Of a stretch of DNA of 64,000 nt, positions 1 to 11,695 are shown in pieces. Source of the DNA: Gordius albopunctatus (taxonomy: Eukaryota). Positions within the stretch are counted from its first letter, which is position 1; each line of letters starts with the position of its first letter. The position numbers and the translations under genes are program-made. The notes below the pieces were generated by a model. That model had not been told where the DNA came from. It made no database searches and saw nothing but the letters and a program-made list of their open reading frames with translations. The stretch covers positions 11,160,001 to 11,224,000 of the forward strand of contig OZ193909.1 of NCBI GenBank assembly GCA_964276515.1, read 5' to 3'.

Positions 1-1454
1 GCCAAGATGGTTTTGTGGATGGCGTTACAAAAAGCCTCGACAGTACTATTGCTATGCTTTAGGATGACGGGAGAATCGTAATCGGGCACACGACCTTTGG
101 GTTTGGTGTAAACTCGAATGAGATTCATGTAATCCCACATGCTTTCCAGCAACTCGTCGAAGTTCCAACGGAGGTGGGCCGAGATGGGGACGCAATGGGG
201 AAGTGAAGATATCACATTCAATTCCTCCACCGATATCTCGTCTATTTTGTTGAGCACGTACAAGCAGGGTATGTACACGCGATTCCCTTCAACCACGTCT
301 ATCAAGTCGTCCGCCGTGGCGTCTCCTTTAATCAGGATGTCCGCATTGTGGATCTTGTATTCGGAAAGGATGCTCCGTACGCTATCTAAGTCGAGTTCGG
401 ATTGACACGCGCCAGACATGTTGAGATTTATTCCCCCCTTATCCTTCTTCTTAAACACTATCGAGGGTCGGGGCTTGTTGAGCCTTATACCAAAACCTTC
501 GAGTTCCTTCTCCAACAACGTCTTGTGCTTCAGCGGTTTCATCACGTCCAATACCTAACATCGAGAAAAATAAAGGTTTCAGCTGGTCGGTCAAAAGTAA
601 CGATTACATTTTTGGCGATTGTATATGTATAAAAATTTAGGTCAACAATCAAAGAAGTGTGTAAGGACCGATATGCTATAATACCTCACAAGCAACAAAC
701 TAGATTGTTCTAACTCTTAAATTTTTTGTCGCGCTTGTGATTTACCATGAGGATGAGATCACAAGTCCTGGCCACGGCTATAACTTGTCGCCCTCGACCT
801 TTCCCATCTTTAGCACCCTCTATGATACCTGGTAAATCTAGCAACTGAATCCTTGCTCCTTTGTACTTAACAACCCCGGGCACAGTAGTGAGCGTTGTAA
901 ATTCGTAAGCTGCAACTTCAGAGTATACACCGGCCAAGTTCGAGAGAAGGGTACTTTTACCTAGTGTTGGAAAACGGTTAAGAAAGCTAAACTAAAATAA
1001 TGGCTATTTTATGCATACTTAAATTTATCATTTATTTTGTTCTACGGGGTTATAATTAAAGATCTATGTTGGAACTTGGAACTATATGACTTGACTAAAT
1101 AAGCTGCTATTTAAGCCACAGTATGAAATAATGAACTAAACCATGATGATAAAACAAAAATCAATCATAATTGTATTAAAGCTATATATAATAGGCAAAA
1201 CTAAGAACAAATTGTATTATACAACACTTACCAACTGAAGGAAATCCAACAAACCCTACACGAGAATCTCCAGTTTTGGCCACATCAAATCCCTCCCCAG
1301 TTCCACCTCCACTGCCACCTTTAGGAGTAATAAGCTCTCTGCGCAACTTGGCCAATCGAGCCTTTAATAAACCTAAATGAGCCATGGTTGCTTTGTTACG
1401 TTGTGTACGTGCCATTTCCGCCTCTATCTCAGCTATTCTTTCCAACACACCCAT
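1..1454 (-). CDS. DRG1: Developmentally regulated GTP-binding protein 1 (OBG family GTPase), 3' end outside window
   Basis: Exons 1454-1232, 960-746 and 554-<1 joined by GT-AG introns in matching phase. Product: [34 protein letters not shown]1 [44 protein letters not shown] (TGS region). Confidence 0.95.
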
Positions 1455-1511
1455 TGCCTGCAAATGGTGATAAAATTGCAAAATGCTTATGCAAATTGAT
1501 ACACATTTTAA

Positions 1512-1575
1512 ATTGCTAATACTATTTAATCTATTTTATCATCATTGCTAATACTATTTAATCTATTTTATCATC
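1512..1575. repeat. Perfect 32-bp tandem duplication upstream of the DRG1 start codon
   Basis: attgctaatactatttaatctattttatcatc occurs twice (1512-1543, 1544-1575). Confidence 0.9.
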
Positions 1576-2889
1576 AAAGCAGTAATGTTAAAGTCACATA
1601 TATATATATAATAAAATGTTTTCCCATGAATGCATTTTAATTGTAAAGGTAGACAGGGTAGGAAGGAAAACGGGACAACTACACTTTTCTATATTGTTAT
1701 AAACCTTCCAACAATCAACAACTTAGAAATTGTAAATTAACCTATGGTTTTATATTATTAGCCTTAAATTTTTAACTTTTACCTTTAAAATACAAAACTA
1801 CATTAAAAGCTTAGGTCTATTTGTGCCCATTTTAATAGAAAAAATTTACTCCGTGAAAATAAAAGAAATAAATATTGCAGATATTGACCAATATGTTAAT
1901 GCCTTAATTAATGTAAAGGCCCTATTTAATGCATAAATTTGTTAGACATAAAGTTTAATATGAAAGAAATATTTATGTTATAAACGTAATAGAAGCTCTT
2001 TATAAAATATAATTATTATATGTTGTACGATACGAAATTAATTATATCTTTATTACTTTTTTTAAACTGAATTCCGGTTAAAAGCTAAAAAATCAGCAGT
2101 GTAATATGCTATTTACCAACTCGTCAATTTAACAATTGATTTAGGAATAAGATGCAAGGGAATAATAAATGTCCTGTTAGTATTACGAGAGCTTATACGT
2201 ATATACTAATGCTAATGCACATTAATGTTCCAATAAGTTTGAAACACAATCAATGCCAGTCTCTATTTTTTAATGACATAGCTTGGAATAGGGAAAATTT
2301 TGCGTTGAACTTATTGTTGTTGGCTATAATTATAATGATTGTGCTTTAGGATTCATCTCTTTATAAATTTTTTACTAATTATATCTCGCAAAATATCTCC
2401 GTTATAGGTCACTACAATTCTTAAAGATAGTCAGACCATTTTATTCTTCCAAATAACTATAATAAATAATCTTTGCAGATACTTGTGCAGGCTTACATTT
2501 CGTTCTTAATTGCATTTATCACCAATATGTACTATTCCTTATATTAATAAAATCAACATGAATCCTATTTTGTGGGGCATGCAGGAGCGGACGATTAGCC
2601 GCCATATTTGGATAGTTGCATTTTACATAGCGCACATCCGACAGAGCGTCCCTCGTATTCTTAAAGCTCCAAATAAATATTCTAGCGAGGTCCTTTCAAT
2701 CCATAGATGATTGCCTCTTATTAAACATGCGCAAAATATTATTATACATCGCAACTGATTAACAAGTTGTCAGTCGTGCTTTTGCCTTTTGTGTGAAATT
2801 TCTTTGGCACACAAAAAATTTCCAAAAAATGTTGAATATTCTAAACAACTTTAACAATTTGTATAAATGTTGCTAATTCATCATTATCC

Positions 2890-3002
2890 TGTTATGATTG
2901 TACTATTTTATATTTGTAACATCTAATTGTAAGTATCGTTCGTTTTTTATCAACAACCACATGTTATCGATTATTCTTGAATTGCGGTCATTCTTTATCT
3001 AA
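2890..3002 (+). repeat. 5' LTR, upstream part (remainder at 6262-6281)
   Basis: Matches 9228-9340 with 4 substitutions. The final 20 nt of the LTR (taattgcgttacacgtttca) reappear after the LINE tail. Confidence 0.95.
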
Positions 3003-6000
3003 ACCATTCGCTAAAAAAAAATGAAATTGCTGGTAGCATCTATAAACGTAAATACTGTCAAGGACAAATGGGATGACATATTAACCTTCATGAAAATTCA
3101 TAATAAAGATGTCCTCCTTTTACAGCAAACCAGAATCAAAGAGGATGGCCTACATAAGTTTCATGGTTTCACATCATATAATTCAGGTGCTAAAACAGAG
3201 AATGGTGCAGGAGTCTCTATAGTAGTTAAGAACTCACTCCATATTATCTCCCACAACCCCGTCTCCCCGAGAATCATTACATTAACCCTTGAGATTAACA
3301 AAAACAAACGGTTAACCTTTATTAACATTTATTGCCCCACCTCAAACTATCAAAAAAAATACATCGTTGAATTTTTTCAAAACATCCATCAACAAATATC
3401 CTATCTCCCCAAAAAAGACATAAAAATCCTTATAGGGGACTTCAACGCTTCCGTGGAATCATCCCCAAACTGCCACCCCTCATGTGTGGGACCTAACAAC
3501 CTTGGCCACACCAACAGAAATGGCAAAATCCTGATCAAGTGGTGTAATAAACACAAATGGTCCATTCGATCAACTTTCTCCACATTAAATTCCAACGAAC
3601 TAGCGACCTACAAGAGGTCTGATAGGGCCTCAGGCTCCCAAATCGACCACATCCTGACCGAATTCAAATACAAAAAGATTGTTAGAAATTACGCATCCTA
3701 CCCTAACCCCTACATATCATCGGACCACCACACGTTAGAGGCAGATATCAATATCACATCAGCATCGCTACATAACACCTCAAAAAAGGCTCGCGTAACT
3801 CCCTTGCCACGCCCAAACGACACAGAGAGTATTAAATTATTCAACGAGAACCTGCAAAAGAGAATTGAGTCTACACCGCAACCAATTAACATGACCATCG
3901 AAGAACAAAGCGCTTGGATAACAGAAAGCCTTATCACTTCATCGCTCAACTTAAAACCCACCCCTCATCATAACAAATCACTCTCCTTTGAGTCCCTTCG
4001 CCTTATGGATGAGAGGGGCGCAATAACCAGATCATCAGCCAAATTTAAGAAAGAACATCTTAAAGCAATCAACAAGCTTATAAAGGCCAGTGTGCAACGC
4101 GATAAGAGGATATACGCGGCGGAAATAATAAAAGAAGCAGAAGTTGCAAGTAGAACGAACAATAACCACAAACTTTATAAAAACGTTAAAGCCCTAACCA
4201 AAGGCTTGAACCTAAGTTACAACGAGCATCCAATTGCAACCACCAATCCCAAACCCAAAGATTCCATAGTTCAACTGAAATTATGGGAAAAACACTTTCG
4301 CGACATTCTTTCCTTTCCCACCCCATTCCCATATACAGATATTTATGCAGGGTTTATCAAGGACTTCAAAGGCCCAGGCGAGGCCAACATAGACTGTCAA
4401 CCCCCTAGCGGTTACGAGATCATGCAAACTATAAAAAAACTTAAGATCCACAAAGCTGCCGACAAAGAAGGAATCTCAGCCGAACTCTACAAGGCAAATC
4501 CTAAAACCTCTTCCCAGCTCCTACAACCATTATTCGAAAGGATATGGACGAACGAACAACTTCCCGAATCATGGTCAAACAGTGTTCTGATAAAAATCTT
4601 CAAAAAAGGCAACCACTTTGACCCCAATAACTACAGAGGTATAACACTAATTAATGTCACCTCAAAAATTTTAATAAACATACTCTACCACCGAGTTAAA
4701 TCGTACATGGACAATAAAATAAATCACACACAAGCCGGCTTCAGAAGCTCGCGCACAACCACCGAACATATATTAACCATCAAAAACTTGATCGACATAT
4801 CTAATTGCGCAAAAAGCCCCCTGTACATACTATTCCTTGACATCTCCAAAGCATTTGACTCGATCCAACATTTATATATATGGGAAACCCTTTGTCTACT
4901 AGGCCTACCAAAAAAAATCATAAGACTTATTTTCATGCTATATGAAAACCAAAAATTTTTTGTCAGACATTATCAGCTGCTCTCAAACCCCATCACTCCA
5001 AACTCAGGTGTTAGGCAGGGGTGCCCCTTATCCCTTCTGATCTTCATCTCGGTCTTGAACCTAATACTGAAGAGATCGATATTCCCAAACGATGGCTTGC
5101 TGTTGAGTAACAACACGAGGATCTCGTCTCTTTTGTTTGCCGATGATATCTGCTTAATCTCCGACTCATTGTCCAACCTACAAAACATGCATGATAGATA
5201 TGCTCAAGAAGCAGCCCGAGGAGGCCTGATCATCAATGCAGGAAAATCCACACTACTTGCCCTCAACCCGCAACCCAATGCGAGTATCATGAGCCATAAT
5301 TCTATTATCAAACCCTCGGACCAAGTTAAATACCTTGGTGTGTCTCTGTGCGCGGACAAGTATACCACGCTAGATGTCTCAGAAAAAATAACAAAGGCTA
5401 CCATCAGGTTCAAACAATGCAACAGAATTTGGAATTGCAAAATGCTCTCAAGAAACACCAAACTTCGCCTATACAAAACCTTAATTCTCCCAGTACTCTT
5501 TTACGGTTGCGAGACTTGGAACCTCAGGACAAGATCAATCAAAAACATACAAACAAAGGTGAACAAAATGTTGAGAATTGTCTGTCAAATATTCTACCCA
5601 AGAATAATTAAGAATGAGAATTTATGGTTTCTATGCAAACTTCCTCCGGTAAAATACATGATTTTGGTTAAAAAGTGGAACTTCTTAGCACACCAGTTTC
5701 GGAGAGGCTCCCCCAACCTCTGCATGTCCACTTTACTATGGAGACCCCCACAATTAGGATACCGGAAATGCCGTGGTACGTGGACCTACAACACGTCGAG
5801 AGAATTAAACGGCATAGTATTTCAACTCGGCCAACTAGACACGATCCTCTTGAACAGGAACGCTTGGAAAAAGTTTGTCAACAATCACCTAACCTACAAA
5901 TTTCCTACCAACACCCCTAAAAAATTGATTACCATCCATAAACCACCAAGCCCTCTTCCCACAGTCTGACAATATTCAAGCAGGTACCAGTGTGAACCGA

Positions 6001-6261
6001 ACGAGGTAAACTATCCCTTATCTCCAGCAATTGTCGTAGATGGTATGTAAAAAATTTTTTGTTTTGGTTTTGTCCTTTTGATTTATATAAACCGAGTGTG
6101 CTGCCTACTGACTTGCAGCACCTCACCTGTACTATTGTGACATCAAGTCCAATAGGCCCTCATACATATCTCTAAAGATGTAGACTTTCACTCGTCTTAA
6201 CCCGAGTAAACGTTAAGAAAAAACGACTGTTAGTCGGGGCGGACCTATGTATGTATGTATG
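3003..6261 (+). mobile_element. Non-LTR retrotransposon (LINE), single ORF, RTE-like, (TATG)n tail
   Basis: About 18 nt precede the ATG, then a 982-aa APE+RT ORF and a ~290-nt 3' UTR with short hairpins (cttaac..gttaag; cgact-gtt-agtcg) ending in tatgtatgtatgtatg. Clade assignment is inferred from the single ORF and tandem-repeat tail. Confidence 0.9.
3021..5969 (+). CDS. APE endonuclease / reverse transcriptase polyprotein, uninterrupted
   Basis: APE motifs SINVN, YCPT, GDFNA, IDHIL, SDHH. RT motifs NYRGITL, QAGFR, FLDISKAFDS, GVRQGCPLS, LFADD, KYLGV. C-terminal LFYGCETW. Confidence 0.93.
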   Translation: MKLLVASINVNTVKDKWDDILTFMKIHNKDVLLLQQTRIKEDGLHKFHGFTSYNSGAKTENGAGVSIVVKNSLHIISHNPVSPRIITLTLEINKNKRLTFINIYCPTSNYQKKYIVEFFQNIHQQISYLPKKDIKILIGDFNASVESSPNCHPSCVGPNNLGHTNRNGKILIKWCNKHKWSIRSTFSTLNSNELATYKRSDRASGSQIDHILTEFKYKKIVRNYASYPNPYISSDHHTLEADINITSASLHNTSKKARVTPLPRPNDTESIKLFNENLQKRIESTPQPINMTIEEQSAWITESLITSSLNLKPTPHHNKSLSFESLRLMDERGAITRSSAKFKKEHLKAINKLIKASVQRDKRIYAAEIIKEAEVASRTNNNHKLYKNVKALTKGLNLSYNEHPIATTNPKPKDSIVQLKLWEKHFRDILSFPTPFPYTDIYAGFIKDFKGPGEANIDCQPPSGYEIMQTIKKLKIHKAADKEGISAELYKANPKTSSQLLQPLFERIWTNEQLPESWSNSVLIKIFKKGNHFDPNNYRGITLINVTSKILINILYHRVKSYMDNKINHTQAGFRSSRTTTEHILTIKNLIDISNCAKSPLYILFLDISKAFDSIQHLYIWETLCLLGLPKKIIRLIFMLYENQKFFVRHYQLLSNPITPNSGVRQGCPLSLLIFISVLNLILKRSIFPNDGLLLSNNTRISSLLFADDICLISDSLSNLQNMHDRYAQEAARGGLIINAGKSTLLALNPQPNASIMSHNSIIKPSDQVKYLGVSLCADKYTTLDVSEKITKATIRFKQCNRIWNCKMLSRNTKLRLYKTLILPVLFYGCETWNLRTRSIKNIQTKVNKMLRIVCQIFYPRIIKNENLWFLCKLPPVKYMILVKKWNFLAHQFRRGSPNLCMSTLLWRPPQLGYRKCRGTWTYNTSRELNGIVFQLGQLDTILLNRNAWKKFVNNHLTYKFPTNTPKKLITIHKPPSPLPTV

Positions 6262-6282
6262 TAATTGCGTTACACGTTTCAT

Positions 6283-6292
6283 TGGCGACGAG
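6283..6292 (+). promoter_or_regulatory. Primer-binding site (complementary to the 3' end of tRNA-Ser(GCU))
   Basis: TGGCGACGAG one base after the LTR-terminal CA. It is the reverse complement of CUCGUCGCCA, the metazoan tRNA-Ser(GCU) 3' end (established). Confidence 0.8.
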
Positions 6293-6309
6293 AAACTTAT
6301 TATTCAAGG

Positions 6310-7071
6310 ATGAATTATGCTATGAAAAATGAAACGGATACTGACAACGAAGTCAATATATCAAAAATCGTTCTACAACCCTTTTCCCCGGAGATTCCTG
6401 TGGAAGAATATTTCGACAATGTAAAGTATACATTGTTGGCTAAAGGAATTCATGCCGAGGGGGAAGGACTGAAGCGTATTTTAAAAAAATTATTCTTAGC
6501 ATACTTTGGAATCGCCAACGTAAAAAAATTTTATTTCCAAATAATATCTTATAGCAGTTTTGATGAAATTATGGAAACTTTTCAAAGTATTTTTAAGCCC
6601 AAATCTAGAATCATGGCGCCAAGACTCGAATTCATTCGGATTATAAGAGCTGAAGGAGAGACTGTTTTGGAATTTACAAAACGTTTGAAAGAGACGGCTC
6701 AGCTAGCGAAATTTGAAAATTATGTCGAAGAACGTCTGCGTGACCAGTTTCTAGCTGGAATTCGTTATCCAAGATTGGAAGTTGAAATTCGAAGTAAATA
6801 TCCAAGTATGATGGATCATGAGGGTAGATGCCTAACGTTTAATCAAATTTTGGATATGGCGTTGGCATGGGAAAGAGCGGAAAACGAAGTTAAAACCGCG
6901 AATATTAATAAAATCAAAGATAGTCGTAATGTTACAAGTGTTAATAGAGAGCACCAGGAGGCGAATAGTTCTTCAAGATGTTATCGATGTGGGAGATTGC
7001 ATGCTCGAAATAAATGTACAGCGACTATGGCAGCATGTTTCAATTGTAAAAAAGTTGGTCATTTCTCTTAA
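6310..7071 (+). pseudogene. Gypsy gag
   Basis: RLRDQFLAGIR and twin zinc knuckles CYRCGRLH....C and CFNCKKVGHFS*AC; a TAA interrupts the second knuckle. Confidence 0.88.
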
Positions 7072-7220
7072 GCTTGCAGAAATAAAAGGATAAATAAAGT
7101 GTCTGATGATTTAGAACCAGAAGAATTTGGCGAAATAAATTCCATCATCCACATAAAAAAATTGGATCGAAAAAGAGCGACTATCAACGCCACTTTAAAT
7201 GAAATGATGTTGCAATTCGA

Positions 7221-9200
7221 TTGGAATATGACACCGGTGCCCAGGTATCGGTCATAAAGGAAGTTATATGGAAGCGGATTGGAAAGCCGCAACTGAGGCC
7301 AACAGATGATTTCACGGTATATGGCCACCAAAAATTAGATGGTTTAGGCGAGACAGATATCAAAGTGGGACTTGGACATAACAGTCACATACTTCCTGTT
7401 ATTGTTACGAAAGCATCGGATGCCCCCTTATTTGGTTTGACATGGATATTAAAATTTGGTTTAGAGATTCCCAGGTGTATAAAAATATATAATGTTCAAC
7501 AAGTGGCATCTAATAGCAATAGGAACTCGAGCACGAAAATAGACAATTTGATCAAGAAATTCGCAGAAATTTTTGAAAACAAACCTGGAGTCATAAATTG
7601 CACTCCAGTTCGTATTAATATTCAATCTTCGGCTACAGGGAAGATTCTACTGGCTCGTCGGGTGCCGTTTCCCTTAAGAGGTCCCATAGAAAAGGAACTT
7701 GATAGACTAGTTGCCGCCGATGTAATCGGATTGGGGGAACCATCGAAAAGGCTGGTTGAATGGGCAACACCGACAGTTTGCGTTAAAAAAATAATTGTGA
7801 CATCCGAATTTGAGGGGATTTTGAAGTTACATTGAACCCCTTTCTCCTTAAGGACTATCACATTCTGCCAACATTCGATGATATTGTGGCAAAATTATCC
7901 GGAGGAAAAAGGTTTACGACAATCGACCTTAAGGACGCATACCTGCAAATGAGGGTTGAAGAACAATCACAAAATTCTCGGATGATCAACACACATGTTG
8001 GTTATTATCGTTACAAACGGTTGCTGTTCGGACTCGCTACATCGCCAATTTTATTCCAGATATTTATGGATGATCTGCTTAAGGATTGTAAAACGACGGG
8101 AGTCTATTTAGACGACGTAATCGTAACTGGTAAGGATGATGAGGAGCACTTTAAAAATTTGACAGATGTTCTAGCAAAAATGAATAGGGCCGGATTGAAA
8201 GCAAAATTAGCGAAGGTAAAATTTTTAGAAGACTCGGTGAATTTCTTGGGATTTTGTATAGATCAATATGGCATACATCCGATGCAAGAAAAAATTCGCG
8301 TAATTCAAGAGGCGCCAATTCCACAAAATGTACACCAACTAAGGACATTTTTGGGTTTGATAAATTATTATGAGAAGTTTTAAGAAATTAAAAGGTTGGT
8401 TTGCTCGATTCGGTATTCCGCGCCAAATAGTCAGTGATAACGGACCCCAATTAACATCCGACGAATTTGAAAATTTTTGTAAGGATTATAATATAGTACA
8501 TGTTTTGACAACCCCGTATCACCCCAAAACCAATGGATGTGCTGAAAGATGCATTAGAACATTAAAAAGCCGTTACTTGGCAACAAGAGAAGACATCAAG
8601 GATCCTGAGGATTGCATAAATGAAATTCTATCTACATACAGATTGTCCGAACATAGTTCAACAGGTAGGTCGCCGTCGAACATGCTACTTGGTCGAAGGA
8701 ACCGGACCATGCTAGATTGGTCTCGACCGAATCCACGAACTAAATTAGAACGTTAGATTGATAAACAAACCAACCACCACGATAGGACGGCTCATTCAAG
8801 GAACTTCGAAACTAATGATCCGGTTTGGGTGAAAAATGAATTAACTTTCGGGTGGCGAAAAGGTAAAGTATTAGATAGGAAAGGCTTGTTGTCGTACGAT
8901 GTAGAAAGTAATAATAAAGTTTTACGGAAGCATGCGGACCAATTAAGGAGGAGGATAGAAGAAGGCAAAGATCCACAGGTACTAAGTTCAGCGGCATCGA
9001 TACCAGTGGAGGTATTTCAAGAAGAGGTAGAGGAAACTCATGATCAACAAATGCCGAGATCAGCCTCACTAGAATTTGAACGGTCAGTACAAGAGGAATT
9101 AATCTCAGCTGAAATGAATACACAGGAGAACGAAAATGTTTTTCTAAGAAGGGAGGATAGAATCAAGAAACCGCCACGTAGATTGATTGAAGATATGTGA
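7221..9200 (+). pseudogene. Gypsy pol (protease, RT, integrase core), frameshifted, RNase H region deleted
   Basis: YDTGA protease; RT motifs IDLKDAYLQ, FGLATSP, YLDDV, FLGLINYY; integrase motifs IVSDNGPQ, PYHPKTNGCAER. Split across four ORFs. Confidence 0.9.
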
Positions 9201-9213
9201 GGATGTAAATAAT

Positions 9214-9365
9214 GAAGCGGGGAGAGATGTTATGATTGTACTATTTTATATTTGTAACATCGAATTGTAAGTATCGTTCGTTTTTTATCAACAACCACAT
9301 GTTATCGATTAATCTGGAATCGCGGTCATTCTTTATCTAATAAATTAATTGCGTTACACGTTTCA
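9214..9365 (+). repeat. Polypurine tract (9214-9227) and intact 138-bp 3' LTR (9228-9365)
   Basis: gaagcggggagaga directly precedes TGT. The LTR contains AATAAA and ends in CA followed by the TSD. Confidence 0.93.
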
Positions 9366-10552
9366 TATCCTAAGTGCTTTTATAACATTATCAGGGTCAA
9401 TGAATTTAATTGTATTAATAGATTATAATATGGACCTTTTCTTAATAACTATTAGTATGATATTAACCATTTCAATTAAAGTCATGATAATCAACAACTG
9501 GTGCGGCGCTTGAAGCGGTAAAAGAAAGTTAAATGTGGCACAAAGTAATTGCAAATATTATTAATAGAAAATTTTCAATGTTGGTTTGATGGGGGGAGGG
9601 TAGGAAGATGTTGTGAGCAAGATATATTCGATTTGAGGGAAAGAGATTCTAAGCAAGATTATAAATATATCGTGATAAGAAGGAGTTTTAGTAAAGGTCA
9701 TAAAACTTTATTGTGGTGAGTATAGAGCCCTGCCCGAGCCCGAAATTTATTTTTTTTTCTCAGACCCGACCCGAGCCCTGCCCAACATTTTGAAATATAA
9801 AATTTTATTAAGAATACATATTTTTATTTAACATAAAACTTTTGTCTCCTTTGAATAAACTAATCAACAAAGCTTATAAACGCTCGGGTAGATCAGCATT
9901 AGGAAAAGGATGCATATGAATGACCTGGGAGTGGGACTTTAAAGGCATAATTTAGATGAAAGTTCAAATCGATCAAAAATTTAAAATGAAATCCATAGTC
10001 CTGTGAACATTTCATCATCAAATACTCAGCCTTCCCCCGTTTATGTATGTATGCTTATATTGTTTCCTCCTACTCAACCATACAAATACACTGCGATTCA
10101 TAAGAGTAATTAATGACCTGCCAGCCCACCTCTTAATGATTATTATTCCCTAGTATCCTCATGCTATGCGTATGCATATTCCTCCTACTATCATAATCAC
10201 ACTCACACCACAGTCTATTGATTTAAACATTATCCATCATCATCAAAGCCTTTATGAAATTTCATTTTTATTTTAGACTAGTCTATATTTAGTACTAAAT
10301 ATAGAGCTATATATTTTATAAATAACACTCGAGAATTGTGAAATTCTCAATCCTGAGGAGATTTGAGGTTGCGGGTTATATCGAACCCTATGCTCAAAAT
10401 AATCATAACTTTAATAAATAAATTTTTGTTTAATAGTATTGTTTATCAAATTTTTTAAACACCCACCCCTCTCCTTAAAGCAATTCTGGCTACGTCTATG
10501 TTTGTTATCATAAATATTGGGCAATTGTCCCTCCACCCCGTAGACTAATAGT

Positions 10553-11561
10553 CAGGCGCGTAGCCAGGATTTTCTCAAGGGGCCAGAAAAATTCAAAAAA
10601 AATTTCGACACTTTTATTTTTTATATAACAAAAATAAACTTGGCGTACAATATGACAAGGGCTTTCAACTTTTGATGTCCTTTACCACCATACCTTGGTC
10701 CAAAGAACACACAAAATTTACAATAAGCACCATTTTCTCGGGGAAAACATGAGAGCCAGCTCCATTTATGAAACCAAGAGAAATTAAATTTAAGCTATTT
10801 AGCTGTTTCATCACGAGAAAAATTGAATAAAAGTGGTGGTTGATAAATTTTATCAAATTCTGCCAACTTATCTTCATAATGTTGTATGGTGTTAACATAC
10901 AAAGATATGTCATACGGCTGCTGATTTGATGATGATTTTATATATAACAATAAATTATTTCAATTAACATTTTACAAATTTTAATTAACTCTAAAAATAA
11001 ACTAAAAAAGATAAAATTTTACATATACCATTTGACTTTAGAATAGTTGAGGCATTTTCATCAATATTATTGTTTAAAACAATAGGTGTGAGTGTTTCAA
11101 TTGAATCTTCATCATTGGACAAATTTAAATCCTCTAGAAATTTTTAAAATTGGCGATGTAATCACAGTATTTATAACAATTAATATATATAAGAAATCAA
11201 TACAATATAAACATAAAATAAAAGCCTTAGTCACTTACTAGAAATACCAGGGTTTGGTATTTTAAGGGGGAAAATTTTTGGTATAGAATTCTTCATAATT
11301 TACAACTCTTCGCGGCAATCATACATACATACAATTTACAATCAATGGTGGAAAATTATAATTTTGGGGTGCAAGTCGAAAATTAAATTCGAATAATTGA
11401 ATGTATATATTATGTTTACAGACTTTTATAAGTGTCTCACAATCTTTTATGCAACTAAACTATTATATTTTAACCCATTTAATCTAATTATTAAACAAAA
11501 AAATTTTCAAATTTTGGTCAAGGGGCCAGAAACGGTTTCTGGCCCCTTGGCTACGCGCCTG
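10553..11561 (-). mobile_element. Non-autonomous hAT transposon with TTF zinc-finger remnant
   Basis: TIRs CAGGCGCGTAGCCA / TGGCTACGCGCCTG and perfect 8-bp TSD CTAATAGT. The minus strand at ~10700-10795 reads LKFNFSWFHKWSWLSCFPRENGAYCKFCVFFG (ZnF_TTF-like). Confidence 0.9.
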
Positions 11562-11695
11562 CTAATAGTCTATGCTCCACTTACCTCATTCCAAAAAAAT
11601 TGAAAAACAGAATAAAATTGTTACAATTTGACTCTATGCTAGTTACAGCGGGTTTGAAATTTAAAAACGCGATTGTATAAGAAAATTTTGAAAAT

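Larger units (their letters stand above)
2890..9365 (+). mobile_element. Ty3/Gypsy LTR retrotransposon (Mag-like), defective, with a LINE nested in the 5' LTR
   Basis: TG...CA LTRs at 2890-3002 plus 6262-6281, and at 9228-9365. 5-bp TSD TATCC (2885-2889, 9366-9370). PBS, PPT and gag-PR-RT-IN domain order are present. Confidence 0.95.

Noticed and set aside
139..632. Plus-strand ORFs 139-405 and 402-632
   Set aside because: Antisense shadows of DRG1 exon 3.
3401..6126. Series of minus-strand and alternate-frame ORFs within the LINE
   Set aside because: Short shadows of the long ORF with no recognisable motifs.
7060..7080. Programmed stop read-through between gag and pol
   Set aside because: The TAA falls inside the second zinc knuckle and the element has several other lesions, so it is more likely a nonsense mutation.
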